A stretch of DNA of 64,000 nt, from positions 1-64,000 of the forward strand of contig CBDCLE010000024.1 in the NCBI GenBank assembly GCA_965218585.1, read 5' to 3'. Origin of the DNA: Terriglobia bacterium. GTDB lineage: Bacteria; Acidobacteriota; Terriglobia; 20CM-2-55-15. The first letter of the stretch is position 1. Each line of letters starts with the position of its first letter. The notes beneath the pieces are model-generated. The model ran no database searches. It saw nothing but the letters and a program-made list of their open reading frames with translations, and was not told where the DNA came from. The position numbers were made by a program, and so were the translations under genes. Shown here one piece after another: positions 54,555 through 64,000 of this stretch.

Positions 54555-55949
54555 TTATTCCCTGGCGTCAGACATGCTGAAGACATCACGCATCGTCACC
54601 AACCGGCCTGCCAGAATCTGATCCAATGTCGAGCGCGCTCGCCAATAGCTCCGCAGCGCTGTCACATACTCCTGGCCGGTGCGGATTTGTTCCCTGCGGG
54701 CCAGGAGCAACTGAAACACTCCCGTCTGCATTGCGTTAAACTGCCTCTGGGTTTCGCCCACAATCTGTTCCCAGATCGGGAGCAGAACATCCCGGTAGTG
54801 CTCGGCTCGTCGAGTGGCGATCAACAACTCGCTTCGCGCCCGGCGGACCCCCGCCCGGATACGGACAGCACGGGCCCGATACTGCTGCTCCAATTGCCGC
54901 ATTTCAGCACGAGCTGCTTCGATGCGCCCCTGCCCCCGATCAAAAAGCGGCACCTCGAGGGAGATGATCGGGCCGGTCTGCCGAACACTTTCTTCTCTCC
55001 CAACCTGAGCCCCGGCCCGCAGCGCAGGCAGAAGGCCTTCTGCGCGTGCGAGGTTGGCCAGACGCGCCGACGCCGTGTAACGGTATTCGAGACCGAGAAG
55101 GTCCAGGCTTTCCTCAATGGCGCGAGCCTCCAGAACGTCAATGCCAGGCAGATCTCCTTCGGCTTCCGGTCCCCCTAGCCGTCCCGCTGACTGCCAGTCC
55201 GTTTCGGTTCCCGACAGTCCCATCCATGCATTGAGTTCTTCACGACGGCCGAGTGCGGCCGCCTCCGCCAGAGCCGTCTCACTCCGAGCCTGCTCGTAGA
55301 AGGCACGTTCGTTGGCCAGTTCCAGAGCTGTGATATTTCCCGCGTCATAGAGGCGTTGGGCTGCCTCGTATGATGCCGCGGCGACTTCCAGAACGGTCTG
55401 GTCCAGTTCCAGCAACTGTTCAGCCCCCTGGTAGTCGTAAAAGGCGTTGCGTACCTCGTAGGCGAACTCGAGTGCGGCCCCTCCGGTTTCGATACGAACC
55501 GCATCCAGCCCAGCTGCGGCGACGCCCCGGCGCAGTGGCAGGAACAGTAGGTCTGTCAGGTTGGCCGTAGCCGCGAAGCCGAAGTCCGAACGGCGGTTAT
55601 CGGCAAACGAACCGATATCGCCGTCGAACTCGATGTTGGGCGGCAAGCTTGCATCAATGAGTTGGGCTCGGGCGATTCCCAGCTCTTCAAAAAGTGCCTG
55701 CAGGTCGGCGTTCTTCAGGAGAGCGATATCGACAGCCTCGTCAGGTCCAATGGGTTGGGCAAGCAGCTCAGCTACTCTTTGGTCGAGGGCAGGATCGCCT
55801 GAGAGCTGCCGCCACTCGGCATCAAGCCCCGCCCGTTGTTCGAGTAGAACTTGCACGGATTCAAACCCAGCGTTTCGCGGAGCGCAGGAGGTGAGGCTCC
55901 CGATTAAAAGAAACAGGCATGCGAATGGTTTTGGTCTTAGCATCCTCAT
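54555..55949 (-). CDS. TolC-family outer-membrane lipoprotein associated with the copper oxidase
   Basis: Lipobox LTSC, AVDIALLKNADLQA, LEVPLFDRGQG, FNAMQTGVFQLL. Confidence 0.88.
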   Translation of the reverse strand: MRMLRPKPFACLFLLIGSLTSCAPRNAGFESVQVLLEQRAGLDAEWRQLSGDPALDQRVAELLAQPIGPDEAVDIALLKNADLQALFEELGIARAQLIDASLPPNIEFDGDIGSFADNRRSDFGFAATANLTDLLFLPLRRGVAAAGLDAVRIETGGAALEFAYEVRNAFYDYQGAEQLLELDQTVLEVAAASYEAAQRLYDAGNITALELANERAFYEQARSETALAEAAALGRREELNAWMGLSGTETDWQSAGRLGGPEAEGDLPGIDVLEARAIEESLDLLGLEYRYTASARLANLARAEGLLPALRAGAQVGREESVRQTGPIISLEVPLFDRGQGRIEAARAEMRQLEQQYRARAVRIRAGVRRARSELLIATRRAEHYRDVLLPIWEQIVGETQRQFNAMQTGVFQLLLARREQIRTGQEYVTALRSYWRARSTLDQILAGRLVTMRDVFSMSDARE

Positions 55950-55952
55950 CCC

Positions 55953-56477
55953 TCACGGCTCGGTGGGACCGGAGGCGTCTTCCCCCTCCGAGGCCACCAG
56001 ATCGATGCTGAAGATCTGAATTCGTTCTTCCGGAAGTCGCTCGATTCTGAAGACGATTTCGTTTCCTACTTCGAGAGATTCTCTCCTGACTTCTGCAGCA
56101 ACGGGGAATGTCATCGTCATCGCCATCATGAAGCCGGGAATCATCCCGTGTTGGATCTGTAATTGGTCTGCTGCTATGGCCCGAATCACTCCCTGTCCCA
56201 CGAAGGGCGCATCACGCGTACCGTCAGGTGTGCGATTGTCGCTTTGTCCGATTTCACGACCTTCCTCTCCAGTCGTAAGAGTAAGTTCCCCAGACGGATA
56301 CAGAGGCGCATTGGGCCGGAGGATGGCCGCAGGTTCGGCCTCCACTCGCCCGGGGGGAGCATCGATTCGCGCAGGGTGGTCTGAGGCCAGCCCGAGGGTT
56401 GTGGGTACACAGCCGGAGCCGACGAGAGCGAGGATCAGTGTGCCCCCCAACAGTAGCTTGTTTGGGCTGTTCTCCAT
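55953..56477 (-). CDS. CusF-like copper-binding lipoprotein
   Basis: Lipobox GSGC; IQHGMIPGFMMAMTMTF CusF-type His/Met site. Confidence 0.8.
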   Translation of the reverse strand: MENSPNKLLLGGTLILALVGSGCVPTTLGLASDHPARIDAPPGRVEAEPAAILRPNAPLYPSGELTLTTGEEGREIGQSDNRTPDGTRDAPFVGQGVIRAIAADQLQIQHGMIPGFMMAMTMTFPVAAEVRRESLEVGNEIVFRIERLPEERIQIFSIDLVASEGEDASGPTEP

Positions 56478-56511
56478 CTAAATCTCCTCTTCTGAGATCT
56501 TTCAGCGGACG

Positions 56512-56958
56512 CTAATTGCCGCTGATCACTACCGTCGGTGCCACGTCGCCCACCCATTCCGCAGTGCTTCCGTCCGCGTGAGTTTGAACGACGCTCCACA
56601 CCAGAGTGGTTGCTTCCCCAGGGTTTTCGGCAGTGAAGCTGAATTGTTCCGCTTGGCCCTGGGGAATCTCTCCGCCGCTCCACACTGCGCTTACAACGTA
56701 GCCGTCGGCATCCGTTGTCGGCTCGATCGTCCAGCCGGTTTTAGATTCGAAGTCGGAGACCGTCACGCCCATCGGAAACTCGGCTTCAATCCGGACTGTG
56801 GCACTGTCCCGTTCGGTAGGAACGCGCATCGTGTAGGTTTCACTCGCGCCGGTGGAGGATTCCGTAGGCGAAATCGTCACGTGAGCAAACCCGCTTCCTA
56901 CGACGAAGAAAATCCCTAAAGCTGCGGCAAACACCAGATAAGGTTCTTGTGTTCTCAT
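56512..56958 (-). CDS. YcnI/DUF1775 family copper-binding protein
   Basis: Mature N-terminal His (AHVTISP), RVPTE, WSGG, VVQTHADG...EW. Confidence 0.85.
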   Translation of the reverse strand: MRTQEPYLVFAAALGIFFVVGSGFAHVTISPTESSTGASETYTMRVPTERDSATVRIEAEFPMGVTVSDFESKTGWTIEPTTDADGYVVSAVWSGGEIPQGQAEQFSFTAENPGEATTLVWSVVQTHADGSTAEWVGDVAPTVVISGN

Positions 56959-57044
56959 TCGCTTCCTCTCCGCGGAGGCAGACCCGCTGGCCTCGGCGCC
57001 GTTCTGATCCGTCGTTGTTGAGCCAGGCGTCCAGCCCGGCCGTG

Positions 57045-57743
57045 TTACCGCGCCAGGAGGAACTCCCGCCGCAGTGCTTCGTAATAATTCCGATCCAGAG
57101 GTTCTTTCAACTGGAAGACAAAGCGCTTCGTTTTATCGAACGCTCTTTGGTTTTCCTCCAGAACGCGTAATTCCAATTCGAATGCATTGGACGACCAGAC
57201 GTTTGCGATATGGATGTCGCGGCGCCAGTTGCGGGCGTCTTCGGTATGATCGGTCTGGTAAACAATCCATCCGTCGCCGAAGGTCAGCGTGCCTTCACAG
57301 CCTCCAAAGACGTGGAGATGTTTGACGGCCACTTGATATTCGGGTTCGACAACCCTCGGGACCCGGTCCGTCACCGGCCGTGCAAGCTGCTGTCTGATCT
57401 GCTCAAAGGTTGCTTCTTCGAGGCCCGCTTCGCCGGGGAGAACCGTGAAGTCAAAAGAACGATCCAGACCCAGATGCAAGGCGAGGTCTTCGTAGCTTAG
57501 AACGCTGAATCGTTCCGCCGACCGGCGGTCGAAGCCCTGGACGTCCACCCAGGCCCAGTCGCGCTGATGCTCTTCTTTCTCCGTTTCGTAGCGGATACCG
57601 TTTTCAGTAATGTGGAGTTCGCCTTCGCAACTGCCCCAGGGATCGTGGTCGTGACGCACGAGAAGTGTCTGCGCCGAAACGGGGACCGCGAGGATCAGTA
57701 CCAGGAACATCAGCCACAAGTGGCGATACCAGCCTCTATGCAT
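57045..57743 (-). CDS. Exported hypothetical protein with two HxH...C repeats
   Basis: Signal peptide; VRHDHDPWGSCEGEL and VKHLHVFGGCEGTL; start overlaps the cusA stop. Confidence 0.7.
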   Translation of the reverse strand: MHRGWYRHLWLMFLVLILAVPVSAQTLLVRHDHDPWGSCEGELHITENGIRYETEKEEHQRDWAWVDVQGFDRRSAERFSVLSYEDLALHLGLDRSFDFTVLPGEAGLEEATFEQIRQQLARPVTDRVPRVVEPEYQVAVKHLHVFGGCEGTLTFGDGWIVYQTDHTEDARNWRRDIHIANVWSSNAFELELRVLEENQRAFDKTKRFVFQLKEPLDRNYYEALRREFLLAR

Positions 57744-60700
57744 CTTTTAGCCTCCAGCCTTTCAATATGTAGTAGATGACCGGGTACACGCCGAGAACCA
57801 GAACCACCGAGGTCACGACGCCGCCAACCATCGGTGTGGCAATGCGTTTCATGACGTCGGATCCTGTCCCCTGGCTCCACATGATCGGCAACAGGCCCGC
57901 CATGATGACGCTGGCCGTCATGATTTTGGGACGCAACCGCGCCCTGGTAGATCGCATCCACCAGGTTCTTGCGGTGACGCATGCGTCCCGCTCGCACCGC
58001 ATCTTTGTAGGCCAGGTCCAGATAGAGGAGCATGACAACTCCGGTTTCGGCAGCCAGTCCGCCCAGTGCGATGATGCCCACCCACACGGCGATGCTCATG
58101 TTGTAGTCGAGCAGGTACAAAAGCCAGAACGCCCCGACCAACGCCAGCGGCAAAGAAAGAAAAACGACGAGCGTGTCGACGATGGATCGCGTATTCAAAA
58201 AAATGATTACGAAGATGATCAGCAGGGTCATCGGGATCACGAGCCGCAGGCGCTCGGCGGCGCGCACCATGTATTCGTACTGACCGCTCCAGGTGATGCT
58301 GTACCCGGGGGGAATCTCGACTTGCTCGGCCACGGCGTTCTGGGCCATGGCGACATAGGTGCCCACGTCTATATCATCCAGATCTACATAGACCCAGGCG
58401 TTTGGGCGCGCGTTCTCCGTCTTGATCGCGGGCGGCCCCTTCTTGATCTCCATGTCGACCAGCATCTGGAGCGGAATGTGTTGGCCGGCCGGCGTGGGAA
58501 CCAGGATCTGGCCCAGCGCCGCGATGTCGTCCCTCAACTCCCGGCTGTAGCGCAGGTTGACCGGGTATCGTTCCAACCCTTCCACGGTCGTGGTGATGTT
58601 CATTCCTCCGATGGCGGACTGGATGACGTCCTGGACATCCCCGACCGTCAGTCCGTAACGTGCGATGGCTGCCCGATCCATCTGGAAGTCCAGGTAGTTG
58701 CCGCCCAGGACCCGTTCCGAATAGGCCGAGCGAGTTCCCGGCAACTGGCCGACGACGGCTTCTATCTGTTGACCGACTTGTTCCAGGACTCCCAGGTCAG
58801 GCCCTGCGACCTTTACGCCAACCGGCGTCTTGATGCCGGTGGAGAGCATGTCGATACGATTTTTGATGGGCATCGTCCAGATATTGGTCATACCTGGAAA
58901 CTGCAGTGATTGATCCATCTCGGCGGTGAGGCGCTCCGGTGTCATGCCGGGCCGCCACTCGGCCTGTGGCTTCAACATAACGGTCGTCTCAACCATGCTG
59001 AGCGGCGCCGGATCGGTAGCCGTTTCGGCACGGCCGATCTTTCCGAAGACCGTGTCGACCTCAGGGAAAGTGCGGAGGATCTTGTCGGTCTGCTGGAGCA
59101 ACTCTCGCGCCTTCGTGACGGAGATGCCCGGCAGTGTTGTCGGCATGTACAGCAGGTCTCCTTCCCAGAGAGGTGGCATGAACTCCGATCCAAGCCGGGA
59201 GTACGGAACCCACGTGCCCACCAGAACTACGAGCGTCAGCGCCAGAACTCCCCATCGAAATCGTAATAGAAGGTGCAGGATCGGATCATAGATCCAAATC
59301 AACAGCCGGCTGAGCGGATTGCGGCGCTCGGCCGGGATGCGCCCCCGGATCCAATATCCCATCAGGACGGGCACGAGCGTGATCGCCAACAGGGAAGCCG
59401 CCGCCATCGAATAGGTCTTGGTAAACGCCAGAGGTTTGAACAGCCGCCCTTCCTGGGCTTCGAGCGTAAAGACGGGAGCGAACGATACCGTGATAACCAG
59501 GAGAGCGAAAAACAGCGTCGGCCCGACTTCCTTCGCGGCGTTGCCGATGATCTGCCAATGCGGCTTCTTCCCACGGTCGCGTTCGAGGTGTTTGTGAGCG
59601 TTCTCGATCATGATGATCGCGGCGTCCACCATTGCCCCGATCGCGATGGCTATGCCGCCCAACGACATGATGTTCGCGCTGATTCCCTGGTAGTACATCA
59701 CCGTGAACGCCATCAGAACAGCGATCGGCAGCGTGATGATGGCCACGAGCGAGGATCGGAGATGGAGCAGGAACAGGATGCAGACCAGAGCCACCGCCAG
59801 GCCCTCTTCGAGCAGTTTCTCCTGGAGCGTCTCCACGGATCTTTCGATCAGACCCGACCTGTCGTAGACCGTCTCGATCTCGACATCGCCGAGGAGCCCG
59901 GGTTTCAATTCTTCGAGTCTTGCTTTGACGCGCTCTATGACTTGGTAAGCGTTCTCGCCTGAACGGACAATGACGATGCCCCCGACAGCCTCACCCTCCC
60001 CGTTCAATTCAGCCAGGCCGCGCCGGATGTCCGGCCCGAGCTGCACGGTTGCGACATCCTTCAACAGGAGCGGCGTGCCCCTCGAATCTACCTTCAGGAC
60101 GATGTCGCGGATGTCGTTCTCATTCTGGATATAACCCAGACCCCGGATCATGAATTCGGATTCGGCCATCTCGAGGACTCGGCCGCCCACGTCATTGTTG
60201 CTGCTCTGGACAGCTGTGCGTATCGCCGAGATCGAGACGTCGTAGGCACGCAGCTTGGTCGGGTCCACCGTAATCTGGTACTGCTTGACGAAGCCGCCGA
60301 TGCTGGCGACTTCGGAAACACCTGGTACGGCTGTCAATTCGTATTTCAGGAACCAATCCTGGATGCTGCGCAGCTCGGAGAGGTCCCGCTCGCTGGAGGT
60401 CAGTGAGTACATGTACGCCCAGCCGACACCGGTGGCGTCGGGTCCTAAAGTGGGCGTGACGCCCGCTGGCAGCCGCTCCGAAACGTAGTTCAGGTATTCG
60501 AGAACGCGGCTGCGGGCCCAGTACAAGTCGGTTCCGTCCTCGAAGATCACGTAGACGAGAGAAAAACCGAAGAAGGAATAACCCCTCACGACACGGGAAA
60601 AGGGCACGGCCAGCATCTGCGTATTGATCGGATACGTCACCTGGTCTTCCACGACCTGTGGCGCCTGCCCTGGAAAATCAGTGTAGATGATGACCTGCAC

Positions 60701-60832
60701 GTCGGAAAGATCCGGGATCGCGTCCAGCGGCGTGTTACCGATAGCGTATATGCCGCCCATTACGGCGAACCCGGCAGCGAGGATCACAAGAAACCGGTTC
60801 TGAATCGACCAATCGATGATTTTTGCAAGCAT
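57736..60832 (-). CDS. cusA: CusA/CzcA heavy-metal efflux RND permease, frameshift near the 3' end
   Basis: LDAIPDLSDVQV, LGPDATGVGW, IAIGAMVDAAI, EFMPPL.EGDLLYMP. The GAV|RLRPKIMT break at about 57938 joins ORF 57736-58038. Confidence 0.93.
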
Positions 60833-60850
60833 CTGGAACTGATTCCTCTG

Positions 60851-62359
60851 TCAGTCTCGATCGGGCATTTCCATTTCGGGCGACATCTCCGTATCCGCGT
60901 CGGGTGACATGTCCATGGCGCTCGGTGATGCTGCAGGCGGATCCTCGGCGAGCAGCTTTCTCACGGCTTCCCGCAGGTTGCTTTCCGAATCGATCAGGAA
61001 TTGAGAGGACACGACGACACGGCTGCCTTCGGATAAGCCTGTCCGTACTTCCCAGAGACCGTTCCCGTTTACGCCTAATTCGACCTCACTCACCTGAAAA
61101 GTTCCGTTGCCGAGGTCGAGTACGACTACGTCGCGCTCGCCGCTTCGGATCACCGCTTCCTCAGGCACGGCGACAACTCCCCTCGCTGATGGGACATCGA
61201 ACGTCACTTCGGCGTACATCTCGGCTCGAAGCTCCTCGCCGGGATTGGGCAGCTCGATCGAAAGCTTCAGCGTCCGTGTCTCAGGGTTGAAGAACGGGTA
61301 AACGTACCGGATGGTCCCGGAGTAACGCCGACCCGGCAAACTGGGGACCTCCACCAGGGCCGACTGGCCGACACGTAACCAGGGAATGTCGTCCTCGAAA
61401 ATTTCGGCCTCGACCCAGATCGCTGAAAGATCCACGATCTGGTAGAGGTTCATGCCGGGCCTGGCGAGCATGCCCTCCAGCGCCTGCTCCATCTTCGAGA
61501 CGACCAGACCGTCAACAGGTGAAAAGACCGTGAGCGTGCGTCGAGGTGCATCGGATTTCTCCAGTTCGTCGATCTGGTCGTTGGTGATGTCCCAGTAGCG
61601 GAGTCGTTGCCTGGAGGATTCCACGAGGGAGCGGGCGCGATCGATAATTTCTGGATAATCGCTCGCGCCTAGGCGTTCCAGATACTCCACGGCGTCCAGA
61701 TAATCTTGTTGTGCGTTCACGAGCTGCGGGCTGAAGACGTCGAACAGCCGTTGCCCCCGCTGGACGCGCTCACCGATGTAATTGACCTGGACGTTTTCAA
61801 TCCAGCCGTCGTACTTCGTGTTAATCGAGAAGATCTGGTTGTCGTCGTAAGCAAAAGTCCCGACGGTTCGAATCGTGTGGGGAATATCGGTGCGTGCGAC
61901 CTCGGTGGACCGGACTCCAATGTTCTGGACAAAGACCGGGTCGATCCGCACCAGGCCCGGTGTGTCCACCTCGTCCTCGTAGACAGGAACAAGATCCATC
62001 CCCATTGGAGATTGTCCGGGTTCGTCGGATATGAACGTCGGATCCATGGGCGCGACCCAGTAAGCGACGGTCCGTTCCGCCGCCTCGTCCTCATAAACGG
62101 GGATTAAATCCATTCCCATCGGCGACTTACCCGGTTCGTCAGATATGAAACTAGGGTCCATCGGCGCGACCCAGTATCGGATCGCCCGTTCTCGGGTCCC
62201 GGCAGCGGAGGCGTTCGTTTCGTCAGACATCGCCATTGGCGTCAATCGATCCCGGAGAGCCGAGGCCCAATTCCAATTGAGGGGATTGACCAGGACAACG
62301 CCAGCCAGTCCGATTCCGGCGAAAAAGAACATAAGACTGAAAACGACGGTTTTCTTCAT
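60851..62359 (-). CDS. cusB: CusB-like RND periplasmic adaptor with two heavy-metal-binding domains
   Basis: YWVAPMDP...PGKSPMGMDL twice; GWIENV, FSPQL, DLSAIWV, SQFLIDSESNL. Confidence 0.9.
   Translation of the reverse strand: MKKTVVFSLMFFFAGIGLAGVVLVNPLNWNWASALRDRLTPMAMSDETNASAAGTRERAIRYWVAPMDPSFISDEPGKSPMGMDLIPVYEDEAAERTVAYWVAPMDPTFISDEPGQSPMGMDLVPVYEDEVDTPGLVRIDPVFVQNIGVRSTEVARTDIPHTIRTVGTFAYDDNQIFSINTKYDGWIENVQVNYIGERVQRGQRLFDVFSPQLVNAQQDYLDAVEYLERLGASDYPEIIDRARSLVESSRQRLRYWDITNDQIDELEKSDAPRRTLTVFSPVDGLVVSKMEQALEGMLARPGMNLYQIVDLSAIWVEAEIFEDDIPWLRVGQSALVEVPSLPGRRYSGTIRYVYPFFNPETRTLKLSIELPNPGEELRAEMYAEVTFDVPSARGVVAVPEEAVIRSGERDVVVLDLGNGTFQVSEVELGVNGNGLWEVRTGLSEGSRVVVSSQFLIDSESNLREAVRKLLAEDPPAASPSAMDMSPDADTEMSPEMEMPDRD
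61972..62190 (-). repeat. Intragenic tandem duplication (114-bp period) of the metal-binding domain
   Basis: YWVAPMDPSFISDEPGKSPMGMDLIPVYEDE and YWVAPMDPTFISDEPGQSPMGMDLVPVYEDE. Confidence 0.85.
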
Positions 62360-62365
62360 ATCGGG

Positions 62366-63693
62366 TCACCTCAACGTTTGCGGAAATCGCGTTCCCAGGG
62401 CGAATTCCAACCGAGACAAAGCCTTCATGTAGTCGGATTCGAAGCGGGCCTCGGCCAAGCGGATATCCAGAAGCACGCGTTCGCTATCAAGAAGATCGAG
62501 CGCGTCCGTCAATCCTGTTTCGTAAGCTGTCTCAACCGATCGTAGCGCGCTGTCGGCTTGTGGAATCAATACACGTCGTAGAGGTCCAGCTGCCTTGTCA
62601 GCGTTTCGATCCGGTTTGCCTGGGTTCGAATTTCAAACCGCATTTCGTCTGCGATAGCGTCATAACGGTCCCGGCCGGCCACCACCCGTTCGCCGGCGGC
62701 CAATTCTGCCGTGCGGTACTTGTCGCGGCGGATCGGAATGTTGATTCCAACTGAAAAGTTGTAAATGTTCTTGCCGTTGTCAGGAGGCGGGAGCGCTCGA
62801 CCTGCCCGATCCTCTCGTCCATCGACGTTGATGAGACCTGCACTGAACGTGAGATCCGGCCAATAGCTTTTTCGCGACAACTCCACGCCGAGTTCGTTCT
62901 GTTCGATTTCATCCAGAGCGGCGCGAAGTTCAGGACGATTCGCTTCCCCGACTGCATACAAGCTCTGAAGGTCCAGCATGAGTACCGGCAGTTCGACCGG
63001 TTCCACAGGCGAAATCGGTTCTTCCGGGCGACCGCCTCTAAGTGTGTTCAATCGCGATACGGCGTCATCGCGTTGCTCGGAGAGAATTTCCATCCGATTG
63101 ATGACCCGAGTGATCTCGGTCTGGACCTTGATGACTTCGTGCTGTAATCCCCCTCCGGTGGCGTAGCGGGTTTGGGCCAACAGCTCGTAGTACTCCAGGA
63201 CGAGTTGTTCCTCGCGCGCGATCTCGATGGAACGGTCCACGTAGGCGAGCTCGTAGAAGGAGTCCTTGACTCTTTCTGCTATCTGCCGTTCATACGCTCG
63301 ATACTGCTCGTATTTTGCCGAGGCTTCGCGGACGGCCACTTTTTCCTGAAGATCCAGCGTTCCGAACCACGGGAACCGCTGGCTTACAGTGAGGCTTTGT
63401 GTCTGGGGTCCCACTCTCGTTTCCGGGCTTCGGATGAACTGAGTGAAGGTCATCATCGGATCCGGCAGTGCCGTGACCTGTGGAATCTTCTGGATTGAAG
63501 CCCGATACTCGGACAGCATGACTCGGGACTGCGGGTTTCCCTCGATCGCTTCCCGGATGAAATCTTCGAGTTGCGGATCTGAAACCCAATAGTCGAGATC
63601 CTCGTCGTCTCCCAACTCCTGGACTGCGAGAGTCGGGGCCGACAGCGACAGGAGGATCGGCAGGATCCATCCTGTGATCCGAAGTTTGATCAT
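62366..63693 (-). CDS. TolC-family outer-membrane channel (CusC-like), frameshift near 62572
   Basis: ALPDPM, SQRFPWFG, NRPEL. The LYD|VLIPQA break joins ORF 62366-62569. Confidence 0.85.
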
Positions 63694-63803
63694 CAAAACC
63701 TCTTTGACGGCAGTTTTCGTTGCCCACGAACTCACTCTGTACGTTGAGTGCGTGAACGTAGAGATACCAAGGTGGCCGCTTCAGCGGACGTTAGGGTGAA
63801 GAA

Positions 63804-64000
63804 TCAGATCAACAGAACGCAGATCTGGTGGGTCAGGGGCTGTCTTCCGGGAGGCCTCTGGAGGACTTCTCCCGAAGTTGGCCCGAGGACGATCGGTGAG
63901 GCTGCCCGGGTTTCCTCCCAGGAAACAGCCGCGTATGTATTCTGTGTCGGGACCGTTAACTGAAGGGACTCAACCGGGGCCGCCTGCGCGAGACAGCATT
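63804..64000 (-). CDS. 3' end of a small Cys-containing protein upstream of the cus operon
   Basis: Minus-strand frame CCLAQAAPV...QRPPGRQPLTHQICVLLI-stop; this style of small protein often precedes heavy-metal RND operons. Confidence 0.5.
   Translation of the reverse strand, partial: CCLAQAAPVESLQLTVPTQNTYAAVSWEETRAASPIVLGPTSGEVLQRPPGRQPLTHQICVLLI

Overview
This is a bacterial chromosome segment of roughly 55-60% GC by eye. Its gene content (carboxypeptidase-regulatory-domain protein, glycine-zipper protein, S9 peptidase) resembles Acidobacteriota, which is an inference. 1-13 kb: housekeeping and envelope genes (2-oxoacid oxidoreductase alpha, tRNA-Arg(UCU), CPA2 antiporter with TrkA/USP partner, AmpG, FKBP, GNAT, Spy-like protein, OmpR regulator). 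13-21 kb: signalling genes disabled by IS elements (IS3 in a sensor kinase; IS1182 nested in IS701 nested in a REC-EAL gene). 21-37 kb: glycosyltransferase, hydrolases, radical SAM enzyme, cytochrome P460, ABC exporter. 37-49 kb: a decayed accessory region of gene fragments, ppnN, a heme-oxygenase-like diiron enzyme, three lox-like palindromic sites, a 122-bp MITE and a second IS701. 49-64 kb: TlpA thioredoxin, a NarL-type two-component system and a large copper/heavy-metal cluster (multicopper oxidase, TolC, CusF, YcnI, CusABC). The best find is hidden from the ORF track: 49747-50607 reads through two in-frame TGA codons to give a 286-aa signal-peptide-bearing MerB (organomercurial lyase)-like protein. 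Both TGAs align with the two catalytic cysteines of MerB and are followed by a shared SECIS-like motif, so this is a probable exported di-selenoprotein. Many single-base frameshifts suggest imperfect consensus sequence or gene decay. All family calls come from motif recognition by eye; no database searches were run.
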